This document shows, piece after piece, positions 23,371 through 34,188 of a DNA stretch of 64,000 nucleotides; position 1 is the stretch's first letter; the number at the start of each line of letters is the position of its first letter. Below the pieces are notes generated by a model. That model was not told where the DNA came from, did not search any database, and saw only the letters and a program-made list of their open reading frames with translations. This stretch comes from Flavobacteriales bacterium (lineage in GTDB: Bacteria > Bacteroidota > Bacteroidia > Flavobacteriales_F > PHOS-HE28), in NCBI GenBank assembly GCA_016712025.1, contig JADJRW010000012.1, positions 95,941 through 159,940 of the forward strand, given 5' to 3'. The position numbers were made by a program, and so were the translations under genes.

Positions 23371-23392
23371 CAAATGTTTCCGTGGATCAGGA

Positions 23393-23882
23393 TCACTCGC
23401 TCTTGGTCGCGTCTTCAGCCTTTGAGGCTTCGGGTGCGGCGGCGTCGGTCTTCTTGGTGGTGCGACCACGACGGGTGCGCTTGGCGGCACCACCGGCTGT
23501 GGTTTTCTCCTTGGTGTAGATCTCGTTGAAGTCCACCAACTCGATCATGGCCATCTCGGCAGCATCGCCCAAGCGGTTGCCGAGCTTGATGATGCGGGTG
23601 TAGCCACCGGCACGCTCCCCCGATCTTGGGGGCCACATCGCGGAAGAGGGCGGCGGTGGCCTCCTTGTTCTGCAGGTAGGAGAAAACCATGCGTTGGCTG
23701 TGCATGCTGTTGTCCTTGCCTTTGGTGAGCAGGGGCTCCACATAGCGGCGCAGGGCGCGTGCCTTGGCCAAGGTGGTGCTGATGCGCTTATGTTCGATCA
23801 GCGAGCAGGCCAGGTTGCTCAGGAGGGAATCCCGATGTGCCTTCTTGCGGCCTAGCGCGTTGTTCTTGTTTCCGTGTCTCAT
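23393..23882 (-). CDS. rplQ: 50S ribosomal protein L17 (one apparent frameshift)
   Basis: [41 protein letters not shown]...APKIG | [28 protein letters not shown]. The extra base is in C5 run 23617-23621. Confidence 0.93.
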
Positions 23883-23933
23883 GGTCGTAGGCTTTCGCTC
23901 ACGCAGCGGGCGACGCATGCGTCGCCCCTACGA

Positions 23934-24926
23934 TCACTCTTTGTCCAATTTGTACTTGCTCACGTTCATACCGAAGCTGAGGCCCTTGTTCTCCACCAGG
24001 TCCTCCAGTTCGGTCAGGCTCTTCTTCCCGAAGTTGCGGAACTTCAAGAGGTCGTTCTTATTGTAGCTCACCAAGTCACCGAGGGTCTCGATGTCTGCGG
24101 CTTTAAGGCAATTCAGGGCGCGCACGCTCAGGTCCATGTCGACCAATTTGGTCTTCAAAAGCTGGCGCATGTGCAAACTGGTCTCGTCGAACTCTTCCTC
24201 CTGCACGCGCTCCTCCAGTTCCAGGCTGATGCGTTCGTCGCTGAACAGCATGAAGTGGTGAATGAGGATCTTGGCGGCCTCTTGCAAAGCGTTCTTCGGG
24301 CTGATACTGCCGTCGGTGAGCACATCGAGGGTGAGCTTCTCGTAGTCGGTCTTCTGCTCCACGCGTGTGTTCTCCACGGTGTACTTCACGTTCTTGATCG
24401 GCGTGAACACGGAGTCGATGAAGATGGTACCGATGGGCGCGCTCTCCACTTTGTTCTCATCGGCGGGCACATACCCGCGGCCTTTGCCGACGGTGACCTC
24501 CACGGTGAGCTTCACGCTGGTCTCCATGTGGCAGATCACCAACTCCGGGTTGAGCACTTGGAAACCGGTGGTGTGTTTGCCGATGTCGCCCGCAGTAAGG
24601 CTGTCCTTTCCACCAATGGTGAAGGATACTTTTTCGGTGCTCACATCCTCCAGCTGGCGGCGGAAACGGACCTGCTTAAGGTTGAGCACGATCTCGGTGA
24701 CGTCCTCGATCACCCCTTTTATGGTGCTGAATTCGTGGTCGACGCCGTCGATGCGCAGGGCGGTGATGGCATGGCCTTCAAGGCTGCTGAGCAGGATGCG
24801 GCGCAGCGCGTTGCCGATGGTGATGCCATAGCCCGGCTCCAACGGACGGAACTCGAAGGTGCCGCGTTGTTCGTCGCTTTCGATCATCACGACCTTGTCC
24901 GGTCGCTGGAAATCAAGAATGGGCAT
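23934..24926 (-). CDS. rpoA: DNA-directed RNA polymerase alpha subunit
   Basis: [20 protein letters not shown]...C-terminal domain [21 protein letters not shown]. Confidence 0.97.
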   Translation of the reverse strand: MPILDFQRPDKVVMIESDEQRGTFEFRPLEPGYGITIGNALRRILLSSLEGHAITALRIDGVDHEFSTIKGVIEDVTEIVLNLKQVRFRRQLEDVSTEKVSFTIGGKDSLTAGDIGKHTTGFQVLNPELVICHMETSVKLTVEVTVGKGRGYVPADENKVESAPIGTIFIDSVFTPIKNVKYTVENTRVEQKTDYEKLTLDVLTDGSISPKNALQEAAKILIHHFMLFSDERISLELEERVQEEEFDETSLHMRQLLKTKLVDMDLSVRALNCLKAADIETLGDLVSYNKNDLLKFRNFGKKSLTELEDLVENKGLSFGMNVSKYKLDKE

Positions 24927-25027
24927 GTGCTGTTGGTCGTTGTGTTCGTTATCGGTTGTCCGCTGTCAGTACTTGTCCTTTCCCGGTGTGGCCGCCTGAC
25001 AACACGCGGCCAAAATCGGTCTGCTGC

Positions 25028-25633
25028 TTACTTGGAGTACAATTCCACGATGAGTTGCTCGCGGATGTTCTCCGGGATCTGCGCGCGTTCGGGCAGTGCG
25101 ATGAGCTTGCCGGCCATGGCGGTGGGATCCCATTCCAACCAATCGAATCGCCTGCTCGTACCGGCCACGCTATTGGTGATGGCCTCCAAGGAACGGCTCT
25201 TCTCGCGCACGGCCACACGTTGGCCGGGGCGCAGCGTATAGCTCGGGATCGTGACCACCTGTTGGTCCACGGTCACATGGCCATGGGCAACCAACTGGCG
25301 CGCGGCGCGGCGGGTTGGGGCGATGCCCAGACGGTACACGGTGTTGTCCAAGCGGGTTTCGCAGAGTTGGAGCAGGGTCTCACCGGTGATGCCCTTCTTC
25401 GCCGCAGCGATACCGAACATCTTCTCGAACTGGCGCTCAAGGATACCATAGGTGTATTTCGCCTTCTGCTTCTCCGCGAGTTGGTGGGAGTATTCGCTGT
25501 CCTTTTTGCGACGCTTGTTCGGACCGTGTTGTCCGGGGCCGTAGGGTTTGCGCTCCATCCACTTGTCCGGGCCGAAAAGCGGCTCCTTGAACTTGCGGGC
25601 GATCTTGGTCTTGGGTCCTGTATAACGTGCCAT
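25028..25633 (-). CDS. rpsD: 30S ribosomal protein S4
   Basis: [15 protein letters not shown]...[16 protein letters not shown]...[10 protein letters not shown]; start at Met18 of the ORF. Confidence 0.96.
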   Translation of the reverse strand: MARYTGPKTKIARKFKEPLFGPDKWMERKPYGPGQHGPNKRRKKDSEYSHQLAEKQKAKYTYGILERQFEKMFGIAAAKKGITGETLLQLCETRLDNTVYRLGIAPTRRAARQLVAHGHVTVDQQVVTIPSYTLRPGQRVAVREKSRSLEAITNSVAGTSRRFDWLEWDPTAMAGKLIALPERAQIPENIREQLIVELYSK

Positions 25634-25704
25634 TGTTCTTCTCTTTTGGGTGCGTTCCGCACCAACAACAGAGCGCGCGTCCACGCGCTCCTACGGGGTT
25701 TGTG
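25634..25704 (-). promoter_or_regulatory. Structured rpsK-rpsD spacer (two stem-loops); candidate S4 autoregulatory leader
   Basis: Hairpins gagcgcg-N6-cgcgctc (25671-25690) and ggtgcg-ttc-cgcacc (25649-25663), immediately 5' of the rpsD AUG. Confidence 0.3.
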
Positions 25705-26118
25705 TTAAACGCGGCGCTTCTTGGGTGGACGGCAGCCGTTGTGCGGCATGGGGGTGATGTCGACGATCTCCATCACTTCCACGCCGTTATTGTGCAGGGC
25801 GCGAATGGCGCTTTCGCGCCCGCCGCCTGGGCCTTTCACGAAGACCTTCACCTTGCGTAGGCCCAGTTCGTGCGCTTCGCGGGCGGCCTCTTCGGCGCTC
25901 ACTTGGCCCGCGTACGGGGTGTTCTTCTTGCTTCCGCGGAAGCCCTGCTTGCCAGAAGAGGACCAACTGATCACCTCCCCCTTGTTGTTGGTGAGGCTGA
26001 TGATCAAGTTGTTGAAGGTGGCATGGATGTGCGCCTGACCGTGGGCCTCCACGACCACCTTCTTCTTCTTCTTCTTGCCAGCGGCTGCGCCGCCTTTGCC
26101 TTCTGCTTGTTTTGCCAT
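25705..26118 (-). CDS. rpsK: 30S ribosomal protein S11
   Basis: [30 protein letters not shown]...[13 protein letters not shown]. Confidence 0.97.
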   Translation of the reverse strand: MAKQAEGKGGAAAGKKKKKKVVVEAHGQAHIHATFNNLIISLTNNKGEVISWSSSGKQGFRGSKKNTPYAGQVSAEEAAREAHELGLRKVKVFVKGPGGGRESAIRALHNNGVEVMEIVDITPMPHNGCRPPKKRRV

Positions 26119-26194
26119 TGCCTGTTCAGTTGTCGGTTGTCCGTTGTCCGTTGTCAGCAGCGCCTACTGGCAACTGACAACTGGCAACTGATCA
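26119..26194 (-). repeat. Heptad-periodic inverted repeat filling the rpsM-rpsK spacer
   Basis: + strand cagttgt cggttgt ccgttgt ccgttgt cag ... ctggcaa ctgacaa ctggcaa ctg. The arms are complementary in 6/7 positions per heptad. Confidence 0.6.
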
Positions 26195-26572
26195 TTACTT
26201 GGTCACCTTCTTCTTGTTCGCGACCGTTTTGCGTTTGCCCTTGCGGGTGCGGCTATTGGTGCGTGTGCGCTGGCCACGCACCGGCAACCCGCTGCGATGA
26301 CGCAACCCGCGGTAGCTGCCGATGTCCATCAAGCGCTTGATGCTCAACTGGGTCTCGCTGCGCAGCGCGCCTTCCACCTTGATGTTATCGTTGATGAACT
26401 GGCGGATGCGCGACTGTTCGTCATCGTCCCACTCGTCCACCTTCTTGTCGGGATCCACTTCCGCGTGCTCGAGGATCTCGAGGGCGCGGTTGCGGCCGAT
26501 GCCGTAGATGTAAGTGAGGCCGATGCAGCCCCGTTTTTGCTTGGGTAGGTCTATGCCTGCGATACGTGCCAT
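26195..26572 (-). CDS. rpsM: 30S ribosomal protein S13
   Basis: [26 protein letters not shown]...[19 protein letters not shown]. Confidence 0.97.
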   Translation of the reverse strand: MARIAGIDLPKQKRGCIGLTYIYGIGRNRALEILEHAEVDPDKKVDEWDDDEQSRIRQFINDNIKVEGALRSETQLSIKRLMDIGSYRGLRHRSGLPVRGQRTRTNSRTRKGKRKTVANKKKVTK

Positions 26573-26589
26573 GCTCTATGCGTGCGTTA

Positions 26590-26706
26590 TCAGCCCTGAC
26601 GTTGCTTGAACTTCGGGTTCTTCTTGTTGATCACATACAGGCGCCCTTTGCGGCGGACGATCTTGCAGTCCACCGAGCGCTTTTTGAGGGAGGTCCTGAT
26701 CTTCAT
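26590..26706 (-). CDS. rpmJ: 50S ribosomal protein L36
   Basis: Hand translation [38 protein letters not shown]. Too short for the ORF track, which shows an overlapping wrong-frame ORF instead. Confidence 0.9.
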   Translation of the reverse strand: MKIRTSLKKRSVDCKIVRRKGRLYVINKKNPKFKQRQG

Positions 26707-26717
26707 CGGTTCGATCC

Positions 26718-26939
26718 TTAACTCTTGTATCGGAAACTGATCCTTCCCTTGGTGAGGTCATAGGGGCTCATTTCCACTTTGACCTTGTCCCCCGGTAGGA
26801 TCCGGATGTAGTGCATGCGCATCTTGCCCGAGATGTGGGCGGTTATGACGTGGCCGTTCTCCAGCTCCACACGGAACATAGCATTGCTCAGCGCCTCTTT
26901 GATGACGCCGTCCTGCTCTATGTTCCCCGTTTTGCTCAT
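26718..26939 (-). CDS. infA: Translation initiation factor IF-1
   Basis: [73 protein letters not shown]. Confidence 0.96.
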   Translation of the reverse strand: MSKTGNIEQDGVIKEALSNAMFRVELENGHVITAHISGKMRMHYIRILPGDKVKVEMSPYDLTKGRISFRYKS

Positions 26940-26980
26940 GCCTTCCTTCTCCGTGTGTTTTGTTAGTTCTCTTCTTTGTC

Positions 26981-27802
26981 CTAGTCCATCACCTCGTCCA
27001 ACTCCACATACCAATCGTTCTTTTTCTTCAGCACATCCTCGATGTGGCTGAACGTTGAAAGGACCTCTGCGTGGCCGTGCCGCACGGCGACGGTATGCTC
27101 GAAGTGGGCGCTGGGCTTGCGGTCGTGGCTCACCACGGTCCAACCGTCGTCCAACTGGCTCACCTCCTTGGTGCCCATGTTGATCATCGGTTCGATGGCG
27201 ATCACCATCCCGGTGCGTAGTTGCGTTCCATGCCCGCGGCGGCCATAGTTCGGAACTTCCGGGGCTTCGTGCAGCTTTTCGCCCACACCGTGCCCCACTA
27301 GTTCGCGCACTACGCCGTAGCCGTTGCGCTCGGCGTGGTGTTGGATCGCGTAACCCACGTCGCCGGTGCGCCGGCCGTCAACCGCTTGGGAGATGCCCAG
27401 GCGCAAACAGTCCTGTGTCCCACGCAGCAAGCGTTTCACCGCTTCGTCCACTTCGCCGATGGCGAAGGTGTAGGCACTGTCGCCGTAGAATCCGTTCATC
27501 AATACACCGCAATCCACGCTGGCGACGTCGCCATCGCGCAGCTCACGGGTACCCGGCAGGCCATGTACCACTTCTTCGTTCACACTGATCAACAGCGTGG
27601 ACGGGCAGCCGTACAGACCCTTGAAACCAGGTAACGCACCATGGTCCCGGATGAACGTTTCCGCAAGGCGGTCCAGTTCACCGGTAACGGCACCGGGCCG
27701 CATTCGTTTGGCCACTTCGGCCAAGGTCCTCCCAACAAGCAAAGAACTCTCTCTCACCAACGCGATCTCGGCATCGCTCCGATAGTTCACGGTTTTAGCC
27801 AT
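26981..27802 (-). CDS. map: Type I methionine aminopeptidase
   Basis: VVHGLPG...[22 protein letters not shown]...[18 protein letters not shown]...IAIEPMIN. Confidence 0.95.
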   Translation of the reverse strand: MAKTVNYRSDAEIALVRESSLLVGRTLAEVAKRMRPGAVTGELDRLAETFIRDHGALPGFKGLYGCPSTLLISVNEEVVHGLPGTRELRDGDVASVDCGVLMNGFYGDSAYTFAIGEVDEAVKRLLRGTQDCLRLGISQAVDGRRTGDVGYAIQHHAERNGYGVVRELVGHGVGEKLHEAPEVPNYGRRGHGTQLRTGMVIAIEPMINMGTKEVSQLDDGWTVVSHDRKPSAHFEHTVAVRHGHAEVLSTFSHIEDVLKKKNDWYVELDEVMD

Positions 27803-27805
27803 GCC

Positions 27806-29128
27806 CTATCCCGCCATGCCGTAGGCCGCGTTCGTTCGTCCCTTGATCCGGCCTGTTTTCATCAGACCGTCGTAATGTCTCATCAACAAATGGCTCTCGA
27901 TCTGTTGCAAGGTGTCCAACAGTACACCGACCATGATCAACAGCGAGGTGCCACCAAAGAACTGTGCGAAGCCCTGCTTGATGCCGGCCATTTGCGCGAA
28001 GGCGGGTAGAATGGCGACCATGCCGAGAAAGATGGCCCCGGGCAAGGTGATGCGGCTCAAGAGTTCATCGATATGATCGGCGGTCTGCTTACCGGGCTTC
28101 ACGCCAGGGATGAAGCCGCCGTTGCGCTTCATGTCGTCCGCCAGTTGCACGGGGTTCACCGTGATGGCCGTGTAGAAGTAGGTGAACATCACCACCATGG
28201 AGAACAACAAGAGGTTGTAGAAGGTGCCTTGTGCATTGGCCAGCCCGAGCAACCATTGGGGAGGTTGCTCGAACGCTTGTGCCACATACATCGGGATCAG
28301 TACGATGGCCTGTGCGAAGATGATCGGCATCACACCGGCCGCGTTCACCTTCAAGGGGATGTAGTTGCGCACGCCTCCGAACTGCTTGTTGCCCTGCACG
28401 CGCTTGGCGAACTGCACCGGTATTCGGCGCGTACCCTGCACGAGCAGAATGCACCCCGCTATTATGAGCACCCAGAGCACCACCTCGACCAACAGCAGCA
28501 CGAGACCGCCGCCGCCAGGCCCCATGCGTCCTACCACCTCCTGCGCGAAGCTCTGAGGGAACTCCGCGAGGATGCCGATCATGATGATCAACGAGATACC
28601 GTTGCCGAGACCACGTTCCGTGATCCGTTCGCCGAGCCACATGACGAAGAGCGTGCTACAGGTAAGGATCACCACGGTGGTGAAGAGCCAGAACTGGCTA
28701 TCCGGCCGTGCATCGGGATCGATGGTAGCGTAGATGTAACCCGGCGCCTGGAATACGCAAATGAGGATGGTGAGGTAGCGTGTGTACTGGTTCAGCTTGC
28801 GCCGACCGCTTTCCTCGCGTTGCATTTTCTGCACAGCGGGCACCGCGATGCCCATCAACTGCATGATGATGCTGGCGCTGATGTAGGGCATGATGCCCAA
28901 CGCGAAAATGCTGGCGCGGGTGAAGGCGCCCCCTGTGAAGATCGAGAGGATCTCCACGATACCGCCCCCTCCAGTGGAGGCGGTGGCCATTTTCAGTGAA
29001 TCCACGCCGGGCAGTACGATGTAGCTGCCGATGCGGTAGACCAAGAGCAGTCCGAGGGTGATGAGGATGCGGTTCCGCAGCTCCTCGATCCGCCAGATGT
29101 TCTTGACCGTGTCGATCAGGTTCTTCAT
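27806..29128 (-). CDS. secY: Preprotein translocase subunit SecY
   Basis: 440 aa, 10 TM; LFALGIMPYISASIIMQL, GNGISLIIMIGI, FIPGVKPGKQTADHI. Confidence 0.97.
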   Translation of the reverse strand: MKNLIDTVKNIWRIEELRNRILITLGLLLVYRIGSYIVLPGVDSLKMATASTGGGGIVEILSIFTGGAFTRASIFALGIMPYISASIIMQLMGIAVPAVQKMQREESGRRKLNQYTRYLTILICVFQAPGYIYATIDPDARPDSQFWLFTTVVILTCSTLFVMWLGERITERGLGNGISLIIMIGILAEFPQSFAQEVVGRMGPGGGGLVLLLVEVVLWVLIIAGCILLVQGTRRIPVQFAKRVQGNKQFGGVRNYIPLKVNAAGVMPIIFAQAIVLIPMYVAQAFEQPPQWLLGLANAQGTFYNLLLFSMVVMFTYFYTAITVNPVQLADDMKRNGGFIPGVKPGKQTADHIDELLSRITLPGAIFLGMVAILPAFAQMAGIKQGFAQFFGGTSLLIMVGVLLDTLQQIESHLLMRHYDGLMKTGRIKGRTNAAYGMAG

Positions 29129-29598
29129 GCCTTATCGCTCTTCTCCTTCCGCACGATGGTGACCGCCTTTCCGCCTTTGCTCTCGATGCTCGCCTTGGCG
29201 GTCGCACTGAAGGCATGCGCCGTAACGTCGAGCGCACCTTTCAGCTCACCGCGGCCCAATACCTTCAGCTTGTCGTTCTTGGCGATCAGGCCGTTCGTGT
29301 AGAGCACATCCGGGTTGATGGTCTTCAACCCCTGTGTTTCAATGAGCATCTGGAGGGTATCCAGGTTGATGCCCTTGTACTCGACCCGGGTGGGGTTGGT
29401 GAAGCCGAACTTCGGCACACGACGCACCAAAGGCATCTGGCCACCTTCAAAGCCGCGCTTGCGGCTGTAGCCGGCACGGCTCTGGGCGCCCTTGTGGCCT
29501 TTCGTGGACGTACCGCCCTTGCCGCTGCCTTCGCCGCGACCGATGCGTTTCTCCTTCTTGGTGGCCCCTTTGGCGGGCTTCAAATTGCTCAGGTCCAT
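29125..29598 (-). CDS. rplO: 50S ribosomal protein L15
   Basis: MDLSNLKPAKGATKKEKRIGRGEGSGKGGTSTKGHKGAQSR. Confidence 0.96.
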   Translation of the reverse strand: MDLSNLKPAKGATKKEKRIGRGEGSGKGGTSTKGHKGAQSRAGYSRKRGFEGGQMPLVRRVPKFGFTNPTRVEYKGINLDTLQMLIETQGLKTINPDVLYTNGLIAKNDKLKVLGRGELKGALDVTAHAFSATAKASIESKGGKAVTIVRKEKSDKA

Positions 29599-29621
29599 GT
29601 CCGTGGTCTGTTACTGGTGGT

Positions 29622-29804
29622 TCAGGCTTGCTCCTTTACCGATACCAAGTGATGTACTTTTTCGACCATGCCGCGGATCTGCGGCGTGGCCTCCACTTCG
29701 ACGTGTTTGCCGATGCGTCCCAGTCCAAGGGCCTTCAGGGTGTCCTTCTGGCGCTTGGGAGTTTTGATCTGGCTGCGCGTCTGGGTGATGGTGATCTTGC
29801 TCAT
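29622..29804 (-). CDS. rpmD: 50S ribosomal protein L30
   Basis: MSKITITQTRSQIKTPKRQKDTLKALGLGRIGKHVE. Confidence 0.95.
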   Translation of the reverse strand: MSKITITQTRSQIKTPKRQKDTLKALGLGRIGKHVEVEATPQIRGMVEKVHHLVSVKEQA

Positions 29805-29837
29805 GGCTCGTGGTCCCGGAGGCCGGGGCCTGTTTGC

Positions 29838-30356
29838 TTATCCGTTGAAAACCTTGGAGACATTGACCCCTCGCATTTGGGCCACGGTGTTCGCATCACG
29901 AAGGCTCTCGAGTGCTTTGATCGTGGCTTTCACCACGTTGTGCGGGTTGCTGGAGCCTTTGCTTTTCGCGAGCACGTCGGTTACGCCAACGCTTTCGAGT
30001 ACAGCGCGCATGGCTCCTCCGGCGATAACCCCGGTACCGTGGGCGGCAGGCTTCAGCAACACTTGGGCGCCGGCGAATTTTCCCTCTTGTGTATGAGGGA
30101 TGGTGCCTTTGCGCACCGACACCTTCACCAAGTTCTTCTTGGCATCGTCGATGCCCTTGGCGATGGCCTCCTGCACCTCCTTGGCCTTTCCGAGGCCATG
30201 GCCTACCACACCGTTCTCGTTCCCCACCACCACAATGGCGGCGAAGGTGAACGTGCGACCACCTTTGGTCACTTTGGTCACGCGGTTCAGGGCCACGAGC
30301 CGGTCCTTCAGCTCGAGATCGCTGCTGCGCACTTTCTTAACGTTAGCTCCTTCCAT
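29838..30356 (-). CDS. rpsE: 30S ribosomal protein S5
   Basis: [42 protein letters not shown]. Confidence 0.97.
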   Translation of the reverse strand: MEGANVKKVRSSDLELKDRLVALNRVTKVTKGGRTFTFAAIVVVGNENGVVGHGLGKAKEVQEAIAKGIDDAKKNLVKVSVRKGTIPHTQEGKFAGAQVLLKPAAHGTGVIAGGAMRAVLESVGVTDVLAKSKGSSNPHNVVKATIKALESLRDANTVAQMRGVNVSKVFNG

Positions 30357-30369
30357 CTTGGGTCGTTGA

Positions 30370-30723
30370 TCAGAATTGGAGACCGGCCTCGCGGGCGGCT
30401 TCGGCGAGGGCTTTCACCCGGCCATGATAGACGTAACCGTTCCGGTCGAACACGACCATTTCGATACCAGCCGCCTTGGCCTTTTCGGCGATGGCCGTGC
30501 CGACATGCTTGGCCTGTTCGACGCCGGCGGCCGCATGCGCTTTTTTGTCCTTCAGCGAAGAGGCGCTCGCCAACGTGCGGCCTTCCTCGTCGTTGATGAT
30601 CTGGGCGTAGATATCGCCGTTGCTGCGGTAGACCGACAAGCGTGGGCGCACCGTGGTACCCTTCACGCGGATGCGTACCCGTTCTCGGATCTTGGCCCTG
30701 CGTACGTTCCTGTTGAATGCCAT
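30370..30723 (-). CDS. rplR: 50S ribosomal protein L18
   Basis: [31 protein letters not shown]...[26 protein letters not shown]. Confidence 0.97.
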   Translation of the reverse strand: MAFNRNVRRAKIRERVRIRVKGTTVRPRLSVYRSNGDIYAQIINDEEGRTLASASSLKDKKAHAAAGVEQAKHVGTAIAEKAKAAGIEMVVFDRNGYVYHGRVKALAEAAREAGLQF

Positions 30724-30731
30724 GACTGTGC

Positions 30732-31283
30732 TTATTTGCCTGCGGCTTTACCGGCCTTGCGGCGTACTTCTTCTCCAACGAAGCGGACCCCTTTGCCTTT
30801 GTAAGGCTCGGGTTTGCGCAGTGAGCGGATCTTGGCGGCCACTTGGCCAACAAGTTGTTTATCGACGCTTTCCAGGCGGATGATCGGGTTCTTTCCTTTC
30901 TCCTGTGCGGCGGTCACCTTGATCTCGGTAGGCAGCTCGAAAGTGACCTGATGGCTGAAGCCCAATGAGAGCTGGAGCTGTTGCCCCTTCGTGGTGGCGC
31001 GGTAACCGACACCTACCAATTCCTGTTGGATCACGAAGCCTTCGGTAACACCCTTTACCATATTAGCGATCAGGGCGCGGTACAATCCGTGCTTGGCGCG
31101 GTGCGGCTTCGCGTCGCTTGGTCGCGCCAAGGTGACGGTGCCGTTATCGTTGGTCAGGGTAATGGCGGGGTCCACCTGTTGGGTGAGCGTGCCTTTCGGG
31201 CCCTTCACCGTAACGAGGTTCTTGTGGACGCTGATCTCCACCCCTTTGGGCAGACTGATCGGTGCTTTTCCAATGCGTGACAT
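30732..31283 (-). CDS. rplF: 50S ribosomal protein L6
   Basis: [19 protein letters not shown]...[21 protein letters not shown]. Confidence 0.97.
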   Translation of the reverse strand: MSRIGKAPISLPKGVEISVHKNLVTVKGPKGTLTQQVDPAITLTNDNGTVTLARPSDAKPHRAKHGLYRALIANMVKGVTEGFVIQQELVGVGYRATTKGQQLQLSLGFSHQVTFELPTEIKVTAAQEKGKNPIIRLESVDKQLVGQVAAKIRSLRKPEPYKGKGVRFVGEEVRRKAGKAAGK

Positions 31284-31301
31284 GGTCGTGCAGGTCTGGG
31301 G

Positions 31302-31700
31302 TCAGCTAACGAAACAGATCACTTCACCACCAACGCCCAAGTTGCGGGCCTCCTTGTCGGTGACAACCCCTTTGCTGGTGCTGATAATGGCCACACCGAG
31401 GCCGTTGAGCACGCGAGGTAGTTCGGTGCCGTGCGCATATTGACGCAGGCCGGGGCTGCTCACGCGCGTCAGTTCGCGGATGGCGCTCTGGCGTGTCTGC
31501 GGATGGTACTTCAGGGCGATCTTGATCAGGCCCTGCTTGCCGTCCTCCTGCAGTTTGTAGGAAAGGATGTATCCTTTGTCGTAGAGGATGCGCGTGATGT
31601 CCTTCTTCAGGCCGGACGCGGGCACCTCCACCACTTTCTTGCGCGCCATGATGGCGTTGCGCAGGCGGGTGAGGTAATCGGCGATGGGATCGGTGGTCAT
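31302..31700 (-). CDS. rpsH: 30S ribosomal protein S8
   Basis: MTTDPIADYLTRLRNAIMARKKVVEVPAS...GVAIISTSKGVVTDKEAR. Confidence 0.97.
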   Translation of the reverse strand: MTTDPIADYLTRLRNAIMARKKVVEVPASGLKKDITRILYDKGYILSYKLQEDGKQGLIKIALKYHPQTRQSAIRELTRVSSPGLRQYAHGTELPRVLNGLGVAIISTSKGVVTDKEARNLGVGGEVICFVS

Positions 31701-31712
31701 GGGATGTCTTAT

Positions 31713-31982
31713 TTACCAGCTGGACTTGGTGACGCCGGGGATCTTGCCCTCCAATGCCATATTGCGGAACACGTTCCGGCTGATGCCGAAGAGGCGGATG
31801 TAACCCTTGGGGCGGCCAGTGAGCTGGCAGCGGTTGTGCATACGCACCCGGCTGGAGTTGGCGGGAAGCTGCTGGAGCTTGTCCCATTCGCCGGCGGCTT
31901 TGAGGGCAGCGCGTTTCACGGCGAACTTCTCCACCATTTTCTTGCGCTTGCGCTCACGCGCCTTCATGCTTTCCTTGGCCAT
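31713..31982 (-). CDS. rpsN: 30S ribosomal protein S14
   Basis: [20 protein letters not shown]...[39 protein letters not shown]; start at Met14 of the ORF. Confidence 0.96.
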   Translation of the reverse strand: MAKESMKARERKRKKMVEKFAVKRAALKAAGEWDKLQQLPANSSRVRMHNRCQLTGRPKGYIRLFGISRNVFRNMALEGKIPGVTKSSW

Positions 31983-31998
31983 GGTCTGGTCTCTATCG

Positions 31999-32565
31999 TT
32001 ATTTCTTGTCGGCCTTATCACTGAACGGCATGCCGAACTCGGTCAAGAGCGCTTTGGCCTCCGCATCGGTCTTGGCGGTGGTCACGAACGTGATGTCCAT
32101 GCCCCGGATCTTGCTCACCTTGTCGATATCGATCTCCGGGAAGATGATCTGCTCCTTCACCCCGAAGGTGAAGTTGCCACGGCCATCGAAGCCCTTGGCC
32201 TGCACACCGCGGAAGTCGCGTGTACGGGGCAGGGCAACAGCGATCAAGCGGTCCAGGAACTCGTACATCTTGTCGCCACGCAAAGTGACACGCGCCCCGA
32301 TGGGCATGCCTTTGCGCAGTTTGAAGTTGCTGATGTCCTTCTTGGACACCGTGGGGACCGCTTTCTGTCCGCTGATGGTGGTCATGTCGATCACCGCGGC
32401 ATCCACGATCTTCTTGTCGCCCACCGCGTCGCCCAACCCTTGGTTCAGGCTGATCTTCACCAGGCGGGGCACCTGCATGTTGCTGGTGTAGTTGAACTGC
32501 TTCTGCAGGGCAGGAGCGACTTCCTTGGCGTACTTGGCTTTGAGCCGGGGTGCGTAGGTGCTCAT
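31999..32565 (-). CDS. rplE: 50S ribosomal protein L5
   Basis: [45 protein letters not shown]...[20 protein letters not shown]. Confidence 0.97.
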   Translation of the reverse strand: MSTYAPRLKAKYAKEVAPALQKQFNYTSNMQVPRLVKISLNQGLGDAVGDKKIVDAAVIDMTTISGQKAVPTVSKKDISNFKLRKGMPIGARVTLRGDKMYEFLDRLIAVALPRTRDFRGVQAKGFDGRGNFTFGVKEQIIFPEIDIDKVSKIRGMDITFVTTAKTDAEAKALLTEFGMPFSDKADKK

Positions 32566-32888
32566 GACTTGGCGGCCGTTTTCTTGGTCTTCACGAAGCG
32601 TTCCAGTTTGCCGTCCTTATTGGCTTTGCGTCCCACGCGGCCCGGCACGCCGCTCTTGGCGTCGATGAGCATGAGATTGCTGATGTGGATGGCACCCTCC
32701 TTGTCCACGATGCCACCCTGGGGGTTGGCGGTGGTGGGCTTGCTGTGCTTCTTGTTCAGGTTGAGTCCCTCGACGAAGGCGCGCAGGGCTGTGCGGTCCA
32801 CCTCAAGCACCCGGCCTTGTTTGCCACGGTCCTCTCCGGATAGCACCTTCACCAGGTCGCCTTTCTTGATATGTAGCTTCTTCTGCAT
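32562..32888 (-). CDS. rplX: 50S ribosomal protein L24
   Basis: [26 protein letters not shown]...[13 protein letters not shown]. Confidence 0.96.
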   Translation of the reverse strand: MQKKLHIKKGDLVKVLSGEDRGKQGRVLEVDRTALRAFVEGLNLNKKHSKPTTANPQGGIVDKEGAIHISNLMLIDAKSGVPGRVGRKANKDGKLERFVKTKKTAAKS

Positions 32889-32894
32889 GACCGT

Positions 32895-33263
32895 TCAGAG
32901 TACCTCGGGGGCGAGGGAAATGATCTTCATGAACTTCTTTTCGCGGAGCTCCTTGGCAACTGGGCCGAAGATGCGCGTACCGCGCATCTCGCCAGCGGCG
33001 TCCAGCAGTACCACGGCATTGTCGTCGAAGCGGATGTAGCTGCCGTCCTTGCGCCGCAGTTCCTTCCGCGTGCGGACCACCACGGCCTTGCTCACCGTAC
33101 CCTTCTTAGCGTTGCCGTTGGGCATGGCGTCCTTGATGGTCACCACGATGGTGTCACCGATGCGGGCATAACGCCGGGCGGTGCCACCGAGCACGCGGAT
33201 GCAGAGCACCTCTTTGGCGCCGCTGTTGTCGGCCACATTGAGCCTGGATTCCTGTTGGATCAT
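32895..33263 (-). CDS. rplN: 50S ribosomal protein L14
   Basis: [27 protein letters not shown]...[28 protein letters not shown]. Confidence 0.98.
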   Translation of the reverse strand: MIQQESRLNVADNSGAKEVLCIRVLGGTARRYARIGDTIVVTIKDAMPNGNAKKGTVSKAVVVRTRKELRRKDGSYIRFDDNAVVLLDAAGEMRGTRIFGPVAKELREKKFMKIISLAPEVL

Positions 33264-33275
33264 CGCTTGCTGGTA

Positions 33276-33530
33276 TTACTTGGCGCGTTCCACGATCTCC
33301 ACCACCCGCCAGCATTTGCTCTTGCTGATGGGGCGCGTTTCCATGATCCGCACCGTATCTCCGATGTTGGCCTCCTCCTTTTCGTCGTGCGCCATGAACT
33401 TGCTGCTGCGCTTCACGAACTTGCCGTACTTGGGGTGCATGACGCGGCGCTCCACGATCACCACCACGCTCTTGTCCATCTTGTCGCTGGTGACGATGCC
33501 AACGCGTTCTTTCCTGAGATTGCGGTCCAT
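33276..33530 (-). CDS. rpsQ: 30S ribosomal protein S17
   Basis: [45 protein letters not shown]. Confidence 0.96.
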   Translation of the reverse strand: MDRNLRKERVGIVTSDKMDKSVVVIVERRVMHPKYGKFVKRSSKFMAHDEKEEANIGDTVRIMETRPISKSKCWRVVEIVERAK

Positions 33531-33541
33531 GGGTCCGTGCC

Positions 33542-33751
33542 TTATTTCTTGTTCACATTCAGTTCGCGGGCACGCAGTTCGGTGAGCACCCGTGCCACTT
33601 CCTTGCGCTTGAGGCGCAGTTGCATGGGGCTTTCCACCGGGCTGACCGCATGGTCGAAGCGCAGCTTGCTCAGCTTGGTCCGTACGTCCTGCAGCTTATC
33701 CTGCAGTTCCACGACCGTGAGGTCCTTGAGTTCGGTGCCTTTCTTCTTCAT
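33542..33751 (-). CDS. rpmC: 50S ribosomal protein L29
   Basis: [29 protein letters not shown]. Confidence 0.93.
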   Translation of the reverse strand: MKKKGTELKDLTVVELQDKLQDVRTKLSKLRFDHAVSPVESPMQLRLKRKEVARVLTELRARELNVNKK

Positions 33752-33760
33752 CGCTCGCGC

Positions 33761-34183
33761 TTATTGGCCGTCGTAGTCTTCACGTACCACGAACTTGGTC
33801 TTGATCGGTAGCTTCTGCGCCGCTAGGCGGAGGGCCTCCTGGGCGGTGGCCATCGGTACCCCGTCCGCTTCGAAGATGATGCGGCCGGCTTGGCACACGG
33901 CCACCCAATGGCTCAAGGCACCTTTACCCTTACCCATCCGGACCTCGGCGGGTTTGGCGGTGACCGGCTTATCCGGGAAAACCTTGATCCACACCTGACC
34001 CTCGCGCTTCATGTGGCGGGTAAGGGCCACACGGGCGGCTTCGATCTGGCGGCCGGTGAGCCATACGCTCTCCATGGCTTTCAGGCCGAAAGATCCTAGG
34101 GCTACGCGGTGACCGCGTTGGGCCTCGCCCTTCATGCGGCCCTTGTGCATATTGCGGCGCTTGCTACGCTTGGGTTGCAACAT
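33761..34183 (-). CDS. rplP: 50S ribosomal protein L16
   Basis: [24 protein letters not shown]...[24 protein letters not shown]. Confidence 0.97.
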   Translation of the reverse strand: MLQPKRSKRRNMHKGRMKGEAQRGHRVALGSFGLKAMESVWLTGRQIEAARVALTRHMKREGQVWIKVFPDKPVTAKPAEVRMGKGKGALSHWVAVCQAGRIIFEADGVPMATAQEALRLAAQKLPIKTKFVVREDYDGQ

Positions 34184-34188
34184 GGCTC

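Noticed and set aside
23874-25241. 455-aa + strand ORF across rpoA and rpsD. Similar cases are 11738..12937 (opposite murA), 22147..23133 (opposite the propeller gene), 31807..33039 (opposite rplE-rplN) and 45337..46131 (opposite the hypothetical gene)
   Set aside because: All are mirror-strand ORFs of genes with unambiguous homology. They span gene boundaries of the real operon and have low-complexity composition.
26576-26761. 61-aa ORF from the track between rpsM and infA
   Set aside because: It is in the wrong frame. The same DNA encodes the canonical 38-aa L36 (26590..26706) in another frame, in the expected operon position.
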